Assembly (NCBI GenBank): GCA_951406725.2
Contig: OX597817.1
Coordinates: 12,896,001-12,960,000 of the forward strand
Reading direction: 5' to 3'
DNA length: 64,000 nucleotides
Source of the DNA: Octopus vulgaris
Lineage: Eukaryota
Part shown: piece by piece, positions 1-13,070 of the stretch
Layout of the letters: each line of letters begins with the position of its first letter
How positions within the stretch are numbered: position 1 is the first letter of the stretch
Position numbers and translations under genes: made by a program
The notes under the pieces: generated by a model
The model's database searches: none
What the model was told of the DNA's origin: nothing
Seen by the model: the letters and a program-made list of their open reading frames with translations, nothing else

Positions 1-254
1 GTGATGCTAAGTTTTCAACAAAGTTTGCAAATTTCAGTATTTCACTAAAAAAACTTCACTTATTTTGCATGCCTGTGATTTCCAGCTCTATCCAATAGGT
101 TTTGTCTGGTTAAAGTTTGCCAAAAGATGAATCCTTCAGCAGGAGTCGATCGAATCGACTGCCACCCCCCCTCTCCAAAAATTTTAGGCCTTGTGCCTAG
201 AGTAGAAAAGGATAATTTAGTTGTAACTATTCTAACAATTTGCTTAGAAAAACT

Positions 255-263
255 ACACACACA

Positions 264-327
<64 letters not shown>

Positions 328-345
328 CACACACAGACACACACA
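255..345. repeat. (CA)n/(CT)n microsatellite
   Basis: Directly visible. Confidence 0.95.
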
Positions 346-559
346 AATAATTTAGCTAAATAGTACCTGATTCTTTTTCTTTTGTCATCTGCAGTTTTTT
401 TGCCTTAACTACTATTCATGTAAAACACTTGCAAAACACTAATTTTTTTTCCATTTCACCTTGCTTCATTACATCAAGTACATATATGCAACTTCTGTAT
501 CTGATACATGTATATATGGTGTTCTATTATGAACTACTTAACTCACAAACATCATGTTT

Positions 560-1200
560 TAGTCAGTTACTTTAGTTAGTTAATTTTGGGCTCAAAAAGC
601 AAAAAGCAAGGCCATGTAGGGGGACATGGAGTTATGTACAGGGTGGTGTTCATGTAAAGAGTTCAGGCCACTTGTGGTCAAGGGAGACTTTAAACCGAGT
701 GGTTGTCGGCATCTTCACTATCTCGTCCGGCAGCTTATTCCACAGATCCGCAACCCGGACGGAGAAAGCCCCTCTCCTTCGATTGAGATGAAATCATCAC
801 AGATAGAGCTTTTCGGAGTGACCCCGCAGCCGACATTCTGGAGCAGGAGGGAAGAACAGCTCTTTCGAGAGGTTACACTTGTTGTGAGCAAGAATGAGAT
901 CACCACGGCGTCATCGTTTTTCTAGAGAATAAAGGTCGAGCGTCTTCAGCCTTTCTTCATAAGACAAATTCTTGAGACCAAGAACCATGCGGGTAGCCAG
1001 CTTCTGGACTCTTTTGAGATGCTGTATGTCTTTGAGGAGATAAGGAGAAGAGGCTTGAATCCCGTACTCCAATATGGGTCTCACCAGTGTGACACAAAGC
1101 GGTAGGAATATGGCTGCTGTGAGCATTCCGAATGACCATCAAATCAAGAACAGAACTCCATGTGCTTTGTTGGCAGCATGGACGCACTGGGCCGAAGGCA
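560..1200 (-). mobile_element. CR1-clade LINE 3' fragment
   Basis: LVRPILEYG..QKLATRMV.GLKNLSYEERL..LDLYSLEKR C-terminus plus (TAAC)n-like tail; same family as 28168-28730. Confidence 0.85.
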
Positions 1201-1330
1201 AAAAGGAGATATATTGCAGCTCCATTGGATATTCACTACTTGTTTTACATTGATGCTGTCACTTTTTTAAGGCAATGTACTTGTGACTTTCTGAGCTGAT
1301 AGTCTTCTTATAGGCTTCTATAATATTGTA

Positions 1331-1750
1331 AGGCAGCGAGCTGGCAGAAGCGTTAGCATACCAGGCAAAATGCTTAGCGGTATTTTGTCTGTCGTTACGT
1401 TCTGAGTTCAAATTCTGCTGAGGTCGACTTTGCCTTTTATCCTTTCGGGGTCAATAAATAAAGTACCAGTTTCGAACTGGAGTCGATGTAATCGACTTAA
1501 TCCCTTTGTCTGTCCTTGTTTGTCTCCTCTATGTTTAGCCCCTTGTGGGCAGTAAAGAAATATATATTTATTTCTTTACTACCCATAAGGGGCTAAACAC
1601 AGAGAGGACAAACACAAGGACAGACAAAGTCGATTATATCGACCTCAGTGCGTTACTGGTACTTAATTTATCGACCCCGAAAGGATGAAAGGCAAAGTCG
1701 ACCTCGGCAGAATTTGAACTCAGAACGTAACAGCAGACGAAATACGGCTA
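1331..1750. mobile_element. Two SINE family C copies, tail-to-tail inverted
   Basis: 1331-1562 (+) with tRNA-like head and gagttcaaattc B-box; ~1568-1750 is a partial reverse-complement copy. Confidence 0.8.
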
Positions 1751-2238
1751 CACTTTCTTCTATACACTTGCAGGTGTTAAACACTTCTGCTTTGTTGATC
1801 TTGATTAGCTTGTGGCTAGTCTAGACCAAGACAATGGATTTCCATGCCTACAAAGGTTTGTCCTGGCCTTTGTCACTTCAGCTTGTATCTTTGTCAACCA
1901 GATCAACCGTTCCATAGGGCAGTTTATCACCAATGGTGCACTTTCAGTGCTACTTTTTCTGTGTCCATCTTAAAGGGATGTTAGGTACATTCAGACAGCA
2001 ACTCAGTTGGACTTGTTCCTCTGTTCATCTAAGAAAGGAGTTAAATGTAGCAGATACTAACTCTATTGGAACACAGAGGCGTACAAATATTGCTTTATCT
2101 ACATCATCTATTCACAGACATAAGTTTGTCTTTCTCACTTCCACACTGTAGTGTAGCTCTTACTTTATCTCTCTCTCTCTCTCTCTCACACACATACTAC
2201 TGAGTTGATGGTCTCCTGTAGTATCATTTTATACTAAA

Positions 2239-2637
2239 CTAGCAGTATCGCCCAGCGTTGCTCGGGTTTGTAAGGGAAATAACTATATAAGCATTTTTAG
2301 AGATGTAAAGTATAATAGCCATCTCAATATGGCTAACCACAAAGGGGGGGGGTGTTACTGTAGCTTTTTACGTTCTGAGATTTAATAATACATTTTTAGA
2401 GAGTTACTTCCCTTATATATGCCAAAAATGCATTAAAAATGGGAAAAATTGATGGTAAAATTTTTTTTTTAATCGTAGACTCATCGTAGATGCGCGCTAA
2501 TACCCAGAAGGGCTCGATATGAATCACGACTATAAGATACCCGGTTTTGGTTAAACTGCACCGCAAAATGTGGGTGTAGTTAGGAATCTAAATCGTAGGA
2601 GACAGACAGCACACAACCTCACTTTTATATATAAAGA
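2239..2637 (-). mobile_element. Non-autonomous Helitron
   Basis: On the minus strand: 5' TC, subterminal hairpin cccgagcaacgctggg, 3' CTAG, inserted between A and T, no TSD. Confidence 0.75.
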
Positions 2638-3234
2638 TTTTCTAGCTCATCAGATATGCCACTTTCGCTTGTCATTTGTAAGGAAGTTACAGGATTGTTT
2701 TTTCTTTTGTGATTTTTCATCTAATTAGACCACTAATATTTAGACACATTCAGCAATTTTCATTATAAAAAGAATCAGTTTTGTTTTTTCCTGCAGCCTC
2801 AAAGCTGCCTGGCTCTGCAATGAAAACAGTTATTTATTGTCTCACAAATATTCTTTATTGTTCTCACTTAAGAATAAAAAATCCTCCGATGGAATCTACA
2901 CAACAAAAATTCTGTAGTCAGTGTGTGTGTGTACATGAAGCATGTAGGCTCCAACCAAGAATTAAAACTGGGTCATAAGTTTGGCTTATATGAAGACTAC
3001 TACCAGTATATATTGTGTGAACAAATTTTTAAAATTTACTAAAGAATGTAAAATAAATCATTTTAAATGAATTGATTATTTTAAAACAATAAGACCTATG
3101 CAACTGAAAACATGAAAAAAAAAAAAAAAAATTACGGAGATGTACTTGCATAGCAAGTGACCTGATCTGAGATTGTGTACTGAAACAAAAACAATTGCAG
3201 CATGGAAAGTGTTTATAATTAGATCCACTTCAAC

Positions 3235-3340
3235 ATTTAAATTTAATTTGTCAAAACACGACCTGTTCACTGACAAAATTCCCATGCAGTATGGAATTTT
3301 GTCAATAAACAGGTCACGGTTTGACATATTAAATTTAAAT
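3235..3340. repeat. Imperfect inverted repeat, ~48-bp arms
   Basis: atttaaatttaatttgtcaaa..gacaaaattcc / ggaattttgtc..tttgacatattaaatttaaat. Confidence 0.85.
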
Positions 3341-3446
3341 GAAACAAAAAATTAATCTACAAAAAAGTGAAAAGTAATCAAAGCAGATGTTTAATAATTA
3401 GTCATTAAAATGGAAATATAGGACAGTAATTTTGCAATTAACTTAC

Positions 3447-3606
3447 CAGTCTGGAAATATTCTACTCTGAAACCAAGTTTTACTACAGAGGAATCAGTAA
3501 CAAAGCGAAGTCTTAAAGCTGAATTTGACGACGTTAATCTTGATGGTAAAGTACGTCCACAAAATTTCCCAAGTAAAGGGCTATTGGCCTGGTCTCCATT
3601 ACGCAC
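3447..3606 (-). CDS. CUBN: Cubilin-like exon, CUB8 C-half (VRNGDQANSPLLGKFCGRTLPSRLTSSNSALRLRFVTDSSVVKLGFRVEYFQT)
   Basis: aag acceptor, G|gtaagt donor, phase 0 to 1, 160 bp. Confidence 0.92.
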
Positions 3607-3910
3607 CTTTTAAAGACAAAAGTATCACTTAGTTATTTGATTCTTATAACTACTCAAAAAGTATGTTGTACTGAAGATAATAATACCTCAAAATATAAAC
3701 ATGTCTATAATGATTCATAGGGAATCTCTCAAAGACATTTATAGCTGATCTTATTTATTTAAGTCACTCTGCCTCAATCTTTTCACAAGCACAATACTTT
3801 TTCATCTTATATACACACAAACATGGTCATATTCATGTTCCAATTTATTAACAGTTTTACTCAGACTTATTCCATTTAATTCATTTTGAAGGTCTTAAAT
3901 TATTAATTGC

Positions 3911-3911
<1 letters not shown>

Positions 3912-3951
<40 letters not shown>

Positions 3952-4125
3952 CATCATCATCATTATTATTATTATCATCATTATTATTATCATCATTAAT
4001 ATTATGATCATTATTATCATTAATATTATTATCATTATTATTATTGTTATCATTAATATTATCATTATCATTATTGTTATCATTAATATTATTATTATCA
4101 ATATTATCAATATCATTATTATTAT
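3912..4125. repeat. (ATT/ATC)n microsatellite
   Basis: Directly visible; explains the poly-N and poly-I ORFs. Confidence 0.95.
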
Positions 4126-4199
4126 TGAGTGAGAGAGTAGTGCATGCCATCAAAGTGACACTGGGGTAAAATATTCTGAGACACACTTCAGTCACAACA

Positions 4200-4517
4200 G
4201 AGACCATGGGATTGCACCTAGAAAGTTACCCTCCCAGGCACAAGTCCGGGCAAGGTTGTTTATGGGAGACCAGCAGTCGCCCATGCATACCAGCCTCCCC
4301 TCTCCATGCCACCAATGTTATCCAAGGGAAAGGCAAAGGGGTTGATACAGCTTGGCAGCTGTGACATTGCAACTCATTTCTACAGCTGAGTGAACTGGAG
4401 CAACATGAAATAAAGTGTCTTGATCAAGAACACAACATGCAGCCCGGTCCATGATTCCGAATCACAACCTCACGATCATAAGCTCAATGCTCTAACCACT
4501 GAGCCATGCGCCTTCAC
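4200..4517 (-). mobile_element. tRNA-derived SINE family D
   Basis: Head gtgaaggcgcatggctcagtggttaga on minus; second copy at 35990-36305. Confidence 0.75.
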
Positions 4518-4714
4518 ATATATACGAAGCCAAATATACTCATCATGACTACCCATCTGATAAGAATACACCAGGCACATGCATCACAATTATATGTGCA
4601 CGACATGGTGAACTCATATCAAGATAAACAGCACATGACCTTGCAGGTGGGGCCCAATTAGAATTTTTTTTCAGGTTGAGTAACCCATCCCACTCAAAAG
4701 GTCCCTGAATAAGG

Positions 4715-4895
4715 GTTACTCTTTTACTTGTTTCAGTCATTTGACTGCGGCCATGCTGGAGCACCGCCTTTAGTCGAGCAAATCGACCCCAGGACTTATT
4801 CTTTGTAAGCCCAGTACTTATTCTATCGGTCTCTTTTTGCCGAAACGCTAAGTGACAGGGACGTAAACACACCAGCATCGGTTGTCAAGCAATGA
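4715..4895 (-). mobile_element. SINE family A, 3' part
   Basis: Matches the 3' half of the family A copies. Confidence 0.8.
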
Positions 4896-4899
4896 TTAG

Positions 4900-4900
4900 T

Positions 4901-4933
<33 letters not shown>

Positions 4934-5597
4934 CTGAAAGACTCTCGGATAGTTCTTAATTACTGGTTGTTCTTCAATTGAAAGCAGGCAATAACAAATC
5001 ACCAAAGGCTTCAAGTAGTGCCTTCTCCTGTGACTCAAAGAGACAATACTCTCCTTAGAATGCGAGCTGTACCCAACTGCAGCTCCAATATTCTTAATAT
5101 GCTTTCCAAAGCTCTTGGGAACTGCTCCTAATGCTCCATTTACCACCGGTATCACCACTACTTTCCTCAAGCCTCATGACTTTTCTATCTCATCCCGCAG
5201 TGGCTGGTATTTCTCACTCTTCTGTTACCTTATATTTCACCCTCGAATTGCCTGGTATTGCAACATCTATTATCTTTGCTTCTTTTTCATCTTTATGGAT
5301 GATCATATCTGGCCATCTCACCTCTATGACTAGGTCGCATTGTATGTTAAAATCCCAGAGTATTTTGTATTGTTCATTTTCCATTACTCCCTCTGGCTTG
5401 CATTCATACCACTATACGGCTCTCTCGAGGTTTGCTTTACCACACAACAGCCAGTGGACATATCTGGCCACGTTGTCATGTCACCTTTTGTATTCGCGTT
5501 GTGCAAGCTTACAGCACTCACTAACAATATGGCTTATACTTTCTCCCTTCTCAGAGCAAATCCTACACTGTGGAAAGTCAGTGCTTTTATCAATTGC
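4900..5597 (-). mobile_element. R4/Dong-like non-LTR retrotransposon 3' fragment (zinc knuckle plus restriction-like endonuclease), degenerate
   Basis: CRIC..KGESISHIVSEC..LAQREYKR, RHDNVARYVHW, ILWDF.IQCD..I....PD, IPVV.GALG motifs; ends in (TAA)n. Confidence 0.8.
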
Positions 5598-5806
5598 TCT
5601 TTTTACTCTTTTACTTGTTTCAGTCAGTTGACTGCGGCCATGCTGGAGCACCGCCTTTAGTCGAGCAAATTGACCCCGGGACTTATTCTTTGTAAGCCCA
5701 GTACTTATTTTATCAGTCTCTTTTGCCGAACCGCTAAGTGACGGGGACATAAACACACCAGCATCGGTTGTCAAGCAATGTTGGGAGGACAAACATAGAC
5801 ACACAA

Positions 5807-5850
<44 letters not shown>

Positions 5851-6012
5851 GACGGGCTTCTTTCAGTTTCCATCTACCAAATCCACTCACAAGACTTTGG
5901 TCGATCCAAAGCTATAGTAGAAGACACTTGCCCAAGGTTCCACACAGTGGGACTGAACCCAGAACCATGTGGTTGGTTAGCAAGCTACTTACCACACAGC
6001 CACTCCTGTGCC
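5598..6012 (-). mobile_element. tRNA-derived SINE family A
   Basis: Head ggagtggctgtgtggtaag..ggttcagtccc, internal (TA)/(TG) tract, (gtaaaaga)n tail. Confidence 0.9.
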
Positions 6013-6016
6013 TATT

Positions 6017-6052
<36 letters not shown>

Positions 6053-6093
6053 TTGTATCCAAAATATAATAAAACTGAAAACAATTCACTTAC

Positions 6094-6278
6094 TTCTAAA
6101 TAGTCATATTTGCAATTTAATCCTGGTTCAATATCAAAATGAGAAAATTCAAGCCTGACATTATTCCGATAAAGGGCTCTGATAACCCAAGTGCAATTAT
6201 TTCTGTTGCCGTATTGTCGTGGGAAACCTGGAGATTCTATAATTCCATTTATATCTGTTAATTCCATTTGATTGCACA
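6094..6278 (-). CDS. CUBN: Cubilin-like exon, CUB8 N-half (VCNQMELTDINGIIESPGFPRQYGNRNNCTW...CKYDYLE)
   Basis: ttttcag acceptor, GAA|gtaagt donor, phase 1 to 0, 185 bp. Confidence 0.93.
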
Positions 6279-7442
6279 CTGAAAAATTAAATTTTTTCCC
6301 ATTTATAATTTAAAAAATTTTTTATAGTCCATCAATTTTATTATTTTCAATGTCTCTTGCCTCCACTCCCAGTTAAAAATACTGAAATATATCAAAAAAT
6401 ATTTTGAAAATGTAAATGATATATATCAGATATATGGTCAATTCCTAAAGCTATACATCAAGTTCAAAATAAGGATACTTTACCAAAACACATTTAGCTT
6501 CAAAAAGACACTGAGTATAAGATAGAAGTCTATCAATGAATGACTTGTATCAATGAAGACAACATTCTTGAATTTGTGATCAACTCTCTTCACTAAGCTA
6601 AAATGCCATAATAGGCATAGTGTAAAATTTGATATAATATTTTGTTTTTGGATTTGGTTTGCAAGATTCATTATATGTGTTCATGTGTTGAAGCATATTC
6701 TGTTGTTTCTGGGGAGAGTCATTCTCTTTTAGTGCCTTATTATTTAACACACTCACCGGTAAAATTTCCACTTATTTCTTATTTTTATTTTCTAAAATTT
6801 TCGTTGCGTGTTGCAACCTTTTCAATAGAAGACTATTGAAAAGGCTGCAACACAACGAAAATTTTAGGAAACAAAAATAATAAATCAGTGGAAATTTTAC
6901 CGGTGAGTGTGTTAAATAATAAGGCACTAAAAGAGAATGACTCTCCCCAGACACAACAGAACTTGATATAATATGCTTCTCTACTAATTTCCAAAAACTC
7001 AATGCTAAAGCATAACAAAACTCCAAGAACAAGCATTATAGACTACTACCAAAGTAAGTGAAACAATAATAACTCTCTGACACTTTACAAAAAATTAATG
7101 TGATGTAGAAACACAATAAAAAAAAAGCTTGTGAGTCAAATTAAAAGAAATTGGTGCAAAAGGTTTGCATGTTTTTTCCTTTTCAAATAAAAAGATCTTC
7201 AAACAGTTTCAATACCATGTAGTCTTAATAGTAACACCCTCTAATTCTCATTTTTAATTTATTTTATTCAAGCAGCATACCCCAGAAGCAATTTAGTTTA
7301 AATAAAGAACAAGATCAAGTAAGTTGATTTATCAGACTTTTATAAAACCAGTTTGATGTCATCTTAATTTTGATAAGATGAACTCATATTCCCTGATGAG
7401 TTTTTCCCTTAATAATTGTAAGCCATGGTGTTTTATAAACAC

Positions 7443-7853
7443 ACTCTTTTACTCTTTTACTTGTTTCAGTCATTTGACTGTGGCCATGCTGGAGCACCGC
7501 CTTTTAGTCGAGCAAATCGACCCCGAGACTTATTCTTTGTAAGCCCAGTACTTATTCTATCGGTCTCTTTTGCCGAACCGCTAAGTGACGGGGACATAAA
7601 CACACCAGCATCGGTTGTCAAGCAATGCTAGGGGAACAAACACAGACACACAAATACACACACACACGCATATATATATATACATATATACGACAGGCTT
7701 CTTTCAGTTTCCGTCTACCAAATCCACTCACAAGGCATTGGTCGGCCCGAGGCTATAGCAGAAGACACTTGCCCAAGGTGCCACGCAGTGGGACTGAACC
7801 CGGGACCATGTGGTTGGTAAACAAGCTATTTACCACACAGCCACTCCTATGCC
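7443..7853 (-). mobile_element. SINE family A
   Basis: Full-length copy. Confidence 0.9.
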
Positions 7854-8117
7854 TAATATGGTTGTCAAATTATATTTTCTGCCTACATTACCTATACTAT
7901 TGGCTACATCTGGCTCAAAATCAATGCATTAATAGATCATATTTCAACTGTAGAGTTTGTGTTTAAATTAGTTTCATTTAGATCTGCATTAATCTTTGTT
8001 GATGTTTTACATAGCTCAGAGATCAAGGAACTGGAATATATTTATCTTTATTTTAATTAATACAATCAAAAGTGTAATACAATCATAAGCTACAACCAAA
8101 ACAATTACATTAAAAGA

Positions 8118-8680
8118 CTAGCAGTATCGCCTGGCGTTGCTCGGGTTTGTAAGGGAAATAACTATATAAGCATTTTTAGAGAGTTATAGCCAAAAAATAG
8201 CAAAAAAATGCATTAAAAATGGGAAAAAATGATGGTAATTTTTTTTTTAAATCGTTGACTCATCGTAGACATTTTTAAAGAGTTACTTCCCTTATATAAT
8301 AGCGAAAAAATGCATTAAAATGGAAATAACTATATAAGCATTTTTAGAGAGTTATAGCCAAAAAATAGCAAAAAATGCATTAAAAATGGAAAAAAAATGA
8401 TGGTAAATTTTTTTTTAATCGTTGACTCATCGTAGACATTTTTAGAGAGTTACTTCCCTTATATAATAGCGAAAAAATGCATTAAAATGGAAAAAAATGA
8501 TGGTAAATTTTTTTTAAATCGTAGACTCATCGTAGACGCGCGCTAATACCCAGAAGGGCTCGATATGAATCACGACTATAAGATACCTGGTTTTGGTTAA
8601 ACTGCACTGCAAAATGTGGGAGTAGTTAGGAATCTAAATCGTAGGAGACAGACACACAACTTCACTTTTATATATAAAGA
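8118..8680 (-). mobile_element. Non-autonomous Helitron with internal tandem duplications
   Basis: Same termini as 2239-2637; internal block repeated. Confidence 0.75.
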
Positions 8681-10134
8681 TATCCATTTCTCTATATGTT
8701 ATGAGGAAATACCATCACTCTCTCTCTCTCTCTCTCTCATACACAAAAAGGATGTATGCTTATGTATTTATGGATGAAGGTAAAGAAAATGCACACCCAG
8801 TGTTTAGGGTTAGGGTTTCACCAAAAATGGGTGGTGTACATATTCTTTACCTCTGCCTATTTATGTATGTGTATATGAAAGATGTGTGTGTGTGTGTGTG
8901 TGTGTGTGTGAGTAAGAGAGAGTGAGAGAGAAAGAGTGAGTGACACTTACACATACATACAAAAAACTCATACATCACAACACACACCTTCACTCACTCT
9001 CTCTCTCTCACACACACACACACGTCCATTTCATATACATATACATCTTTCACTTTCTCCTCTCACTTCAAAGCAAATGTTGCCTTTTCACTTTATCCTC
9101 CCTTTCAATTTCTGCTCTCTTCAAAGCATAAAGAAATTAAAAGAATCTTACAGAAATTAACAAACAATCATATGATCCCATATATGTCGAGTTGATAACT
9201 TTGCTTCTTCAAATGAAAGAATGCCATAAAATAACTTCTTTTCACACACACACACTAAGTAAAACTTCTGTGTGAATTATGTTATTTCTTGCAGTGTGCA
9301 CAAGCAAATTTAAAGCTCACATCCAATTGATCTTTTTCTATTTTGTAATTTGTGTTTGTGATGACCATATTTAAATACCTGATCTTCAATATAAAAGAAA
9401 GTTTTCCCAGAAATCTTGTCCTTTACCTCTTCTTTCTAGCATGTCCGAGGTGACATTTCCGCTCGCTCTTATTTTTTTCCTAAATTTCTTCCAATTCCTA
9501 TGTTTGATATGCAGGACATTAGGATTTCACCCACAAAACACTTTCTCAATACTTTCATTCTCTCCCTCTCCACACCAAATTTATTTTTTACTTTTTTCAA
9601 ATATTTTTTTCTTGGTAATCCATGGAGAAAAAACAGAGAGTACGAATCTTTAAGAATTTTGCCCATCACCTCATCACTTTCAAAAAGCTACACACTTCCA
9701 ATGTTTCACTTTTAGCATTTTGGAAAGTGGGTAAGTTTCTTCAGAAATAATGTCGTTCACCTGTTGTTTCTAGCATGTCAGGTTTTCTGGTGATGGTCTG
9801 GTATTTTTTAAGTTTACTATTTCAGTAGAATTCTACTCATGCGGAAACATCAGACATAAGTGGAAACAAGGAGGTGATGGGCGGGTGAGGTGGGGGGAAG
9901 GGGCATTGAGTGTTTCTTAAAAAAGATTAAGCTATAAAAAATATATGTATTTCCCAGATTCGTAATCTCTGTATTTTTCTACATAGATAAGAAAAAAAAT
10001 TCGAAAAAGTTACAAATTAAGAAATTGCGGTGAGGATGGGAAGAAATTAAAATTTTGAAAATGATTTCTGGACAAAATCATATTAACCCCCTTTTTATAC
10101 AATGAAACAATACATAGTTTGTGATCCTTCTTAA

Positions 10135-10355
10135 CCCTTTCGTTACCAATCCGGCTGAAACCGGCTCTGGCTCTATAATACAAATGTCTTGTTTTCATAA
10201 GTTTTGAATTAAAATCTTCCACCAAACCTTAATCACAATTTATGTTCCTAATACTAGCTTAATGATAAATAAGTTATTTTACTAAATTCTTTGTTATATT
10301 TAAAGTAATTGAAAGAAACACAGAGCATCTCAAAATAAATACGGTAACGAAAGGG
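10135..10355. mobile_element. piggyBac-type MITE
   Basis: TTAA|ccctttcgttacc ... ggtaacgaaaggg|TTAA. Confidence 0.85.
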
Positions 10356-10636
10356 TTAAGAACAGAAATCACTTTCATGAAAACCCATGCAATCTGTACC
10401 CTCCCACTTCACTTTTAAACAAACAATAACTTCCATTACACTATTAACTGTATATCAGTGGTGCCGATTCTGCCCAAAAGGAAGGAGCAAATAATACAAT
10501 GTGGCTGTAGGTCATAACACCCAGGCATTGCTAGTCCCTGCTAAAACTAATTCAAAAGAAAATTTTGCAACACTTTCATCTTCACTTTGTCAACATCATT
10601 AAACAAATATGATAAATATAACATAAGGAAGTTTAC

Positions 10637-10790
10637 CAGTGTTGTAGCTGAATTTAAAACCGCGATAAGAGACAGATCCATCAGTTCTGAATTTGATAAA
10701 TAATCGATTCGATAGCGAGGTCAGGGTTGGAGGTTTTTGCGTACCACAAAATTTTCCAAGGCTGACACCATACTGGTTTGTGTCCCGAAC
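10637..10790 (-). CDS. CUBN: Cubilin-like exon, CUB7 C-half (VRDTNQYGVSLGKFCGTQKPPTLTSLSNRLFIKFRTDGSVSYRGFKFSYNT)
   Basis: Not in the ORF track; translated by hand. tttttag acceptor, G|gtaaac donor, phase 0 to 1, 154 bp. Confidence 0.93.
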
Positions 10791-10874
10791 CTAAAAATAA
10801 AAGAAATGAAACAAAAAAATTTTAAAATGACCCATTAAATTTCTAAATCTGAATTGTGGCTGGGTAGGGACAAG

Positions 10875-11275
10875 CATGGCTGGGTAGTTAGAAGTTTACT
10901 TCCCAACCACATGGTCTCAGGTTCAGTCCCACTACATGGAGCCTTGGACAAGTGTCTAGCACTATAGCCCCAGACCGATCAAAATCTTGTGAGCAAATTT
11001 GGTGGAACAGAAACTGAAAGAAACCCATTTTGTGTATGTGTATATATGCACACATACATGTGTGTATGTGTGCATGTGTGTGTGTGTGTGTGTGTGTATC
11101 CCAGCACCACTGGACAACGTGTGTTGGTTTGCTTATGTCCCTATAACTTAGTTTGACAAAAAGAGACCGATAGGATAAGTATTAAACTTTAAAAAAAAGA
11201 AGTACTAAATACTGGGATCAATTTGTTCAACTAAACCCTTCAAGGTGATGCCCCAGCATGGCAGCAGTTCAATGA
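10875..11275 (+). mobile_element. Older, diverged SINE family A relative
   Basis: Degenerate match along its length. Confidence 0.7.
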
Positions 11276-11315
11276 CAATTGAACAGGAAGAATGGCTGAA
11301 CATAAATTACAAACA

Positions 11316-11719
11316 TAGGAGTGGCTGTGTGGTAAGTAGCTTGCTAACCAACCACATGGTTCCGGGTTCAGTCCCACTGCGTGACATTTTGGGCAAGTGT
11401 CTTCTGCTATAGCCCCGGGCTGACCAATGCTTTGTGAGTGGATTTGGTAGACGTAAACTGAAAGAAGCCTGTCGTATATATGTATATATACATATGTGTG
11501 TGTGTATATGTTTGTGTGTCTGTGTTTGTCCCTCTAGCATTGCTTGACAACCGATGCTGGTGTGTTTACGTCCCTGTCACTTAGCGGTTCAGCAAAAGAG
11601 ACCGATAGAATAAGTACTGGGCTTACAAAGAATAAGTCCCGGGGTCGATTTGCTCGACTAAAGGCGGTGCTCCAGCATGGCCGCAGTCAAATGACTGAAA
11701 CAAGTAAAAGAGTAAAGAG
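11316..11719 (+). mobile_element. SINE family A
   Basis: Full-length copy. Confidence 0.9.
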
Positions 11720-12549
11720 ATATACACTCATCACAGTGTATCATCAGGAATGGTAATGGGTCTTCTTGACATTGTAACTAATCATAACTAAATATAAACA
11801 GATCGGGTAAAAAATATCTTCAGAGTTGTACTTGTCAAGCATATGACTTGACCAGAGGTCATGTGTTAAAACTGAAGCATTTACATTGTGGGAGAGCCAT
11901 TTTAACCACTTCAAATAACACAAAAATTGTTATAATTAAGATTATTCATTCATTTTATATCTGAATCTGACACCAATGAAAATTGAATTCAACATTTTCC
12001 ATGTCTTTAGATGGTTACAATAGCTCTTCCACAATGTAACTGCTGAAAAAAATAGATTCAAAAATAGTAGCAGAAAGGGTAGCAAAAAGTGTTATAGCAC
12101 AAAGTAATTTGGAACAAAATTAGCTAAAATGATTTGTTGTTTGGGAGGTACCAGAACATGTAACCACTTCTTCCAAAAGAAGGGTCTACAGCAAAGAGAA
12201 AGCCACTATAAACTAAAATTCTTTGACCTGGAAAAGGCCTTAGAAAGAGAACAATGCTCTGCAGTTTAACTGTCACTAAGAAAACTCAGTGTAGATGAAT
12301 GGCTTGCAAGGTTCTTACATACCATCAATAAGATGAGTATTACAAATAACTTCCAGTGAAGAATCTAGAGAGCAGTGACATCCATAACAGAAGAGTTTAA
12401 GACTGACTGCCTGTATGCCAACAACCTAGTTCTCATAGCTGAGTCCATGAAAGAATCAGAGAAAATTTTCCAAAGATGGAAGGAAACCTTAGAATCAAAA
12501 GTTTTAGTTGACTGACAATAAGAATGGCAAGAATTCTGCCTTTTTTCCT

Positions 12550-13070
12550 GCTAAGAAATAGCCATGTTTATTTATTTCTTTACTGCCCACAAGGGGCTAA
12601 ACTTAGAGGTGACAAACAAGGACAGACAAAGGGATTAAGTCGATTACATCGACCCCACTGCGAAACTAGTACTTTATTTATCGACCCCGAAAGGATGAAA
12701 GGCAAAGTCGAAATTCTGCCGAGGTTGACTTTGCCTTTCATCCTTTCGGGGTCGATAAATAAAGTACCAGTTTCGCACTGGGGTCGATGTAATCAGCTTA
12801 ATCCCTTTGTCTGTCCTTGTTTGTCACCTCTGTGTTTAGCCCTTTGTGGGTAATAGAGAAATAGGTATTTCGTCTGCTGCTACATTCTGAGTTCAAATTC
12901 CGCCGAGGTCGACTTTGCCTTTCATCCTTTCGGGGTCGATAAATAAAGTACCAGTTTCGCACTGGGGTCGATGTAATCGACTTAATCCCTTTGTCTGTCC
13001 TTGTTTGTCACCTCTAAGTTTAGCCCCTTGTGGACAGTAAAGAAATAAATAAACATGGCTATTTCTTAGC
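12550..13070. repeat. Fold-back cluster of SINE family C pieces
   Basis: 12550-12710 is the near-exact reverse complement of ~12908-13070, with an extra partial copy between. Confidence 0.85.

Noticed and set aside
11544-11756. Recurrent short ORFs (MTTDAGVF.., MLGGQTQTH.., MVVIPAVLF..)
   Set aside because: These are translations of SINE families A and B, repeated because the SINEs are repeated.
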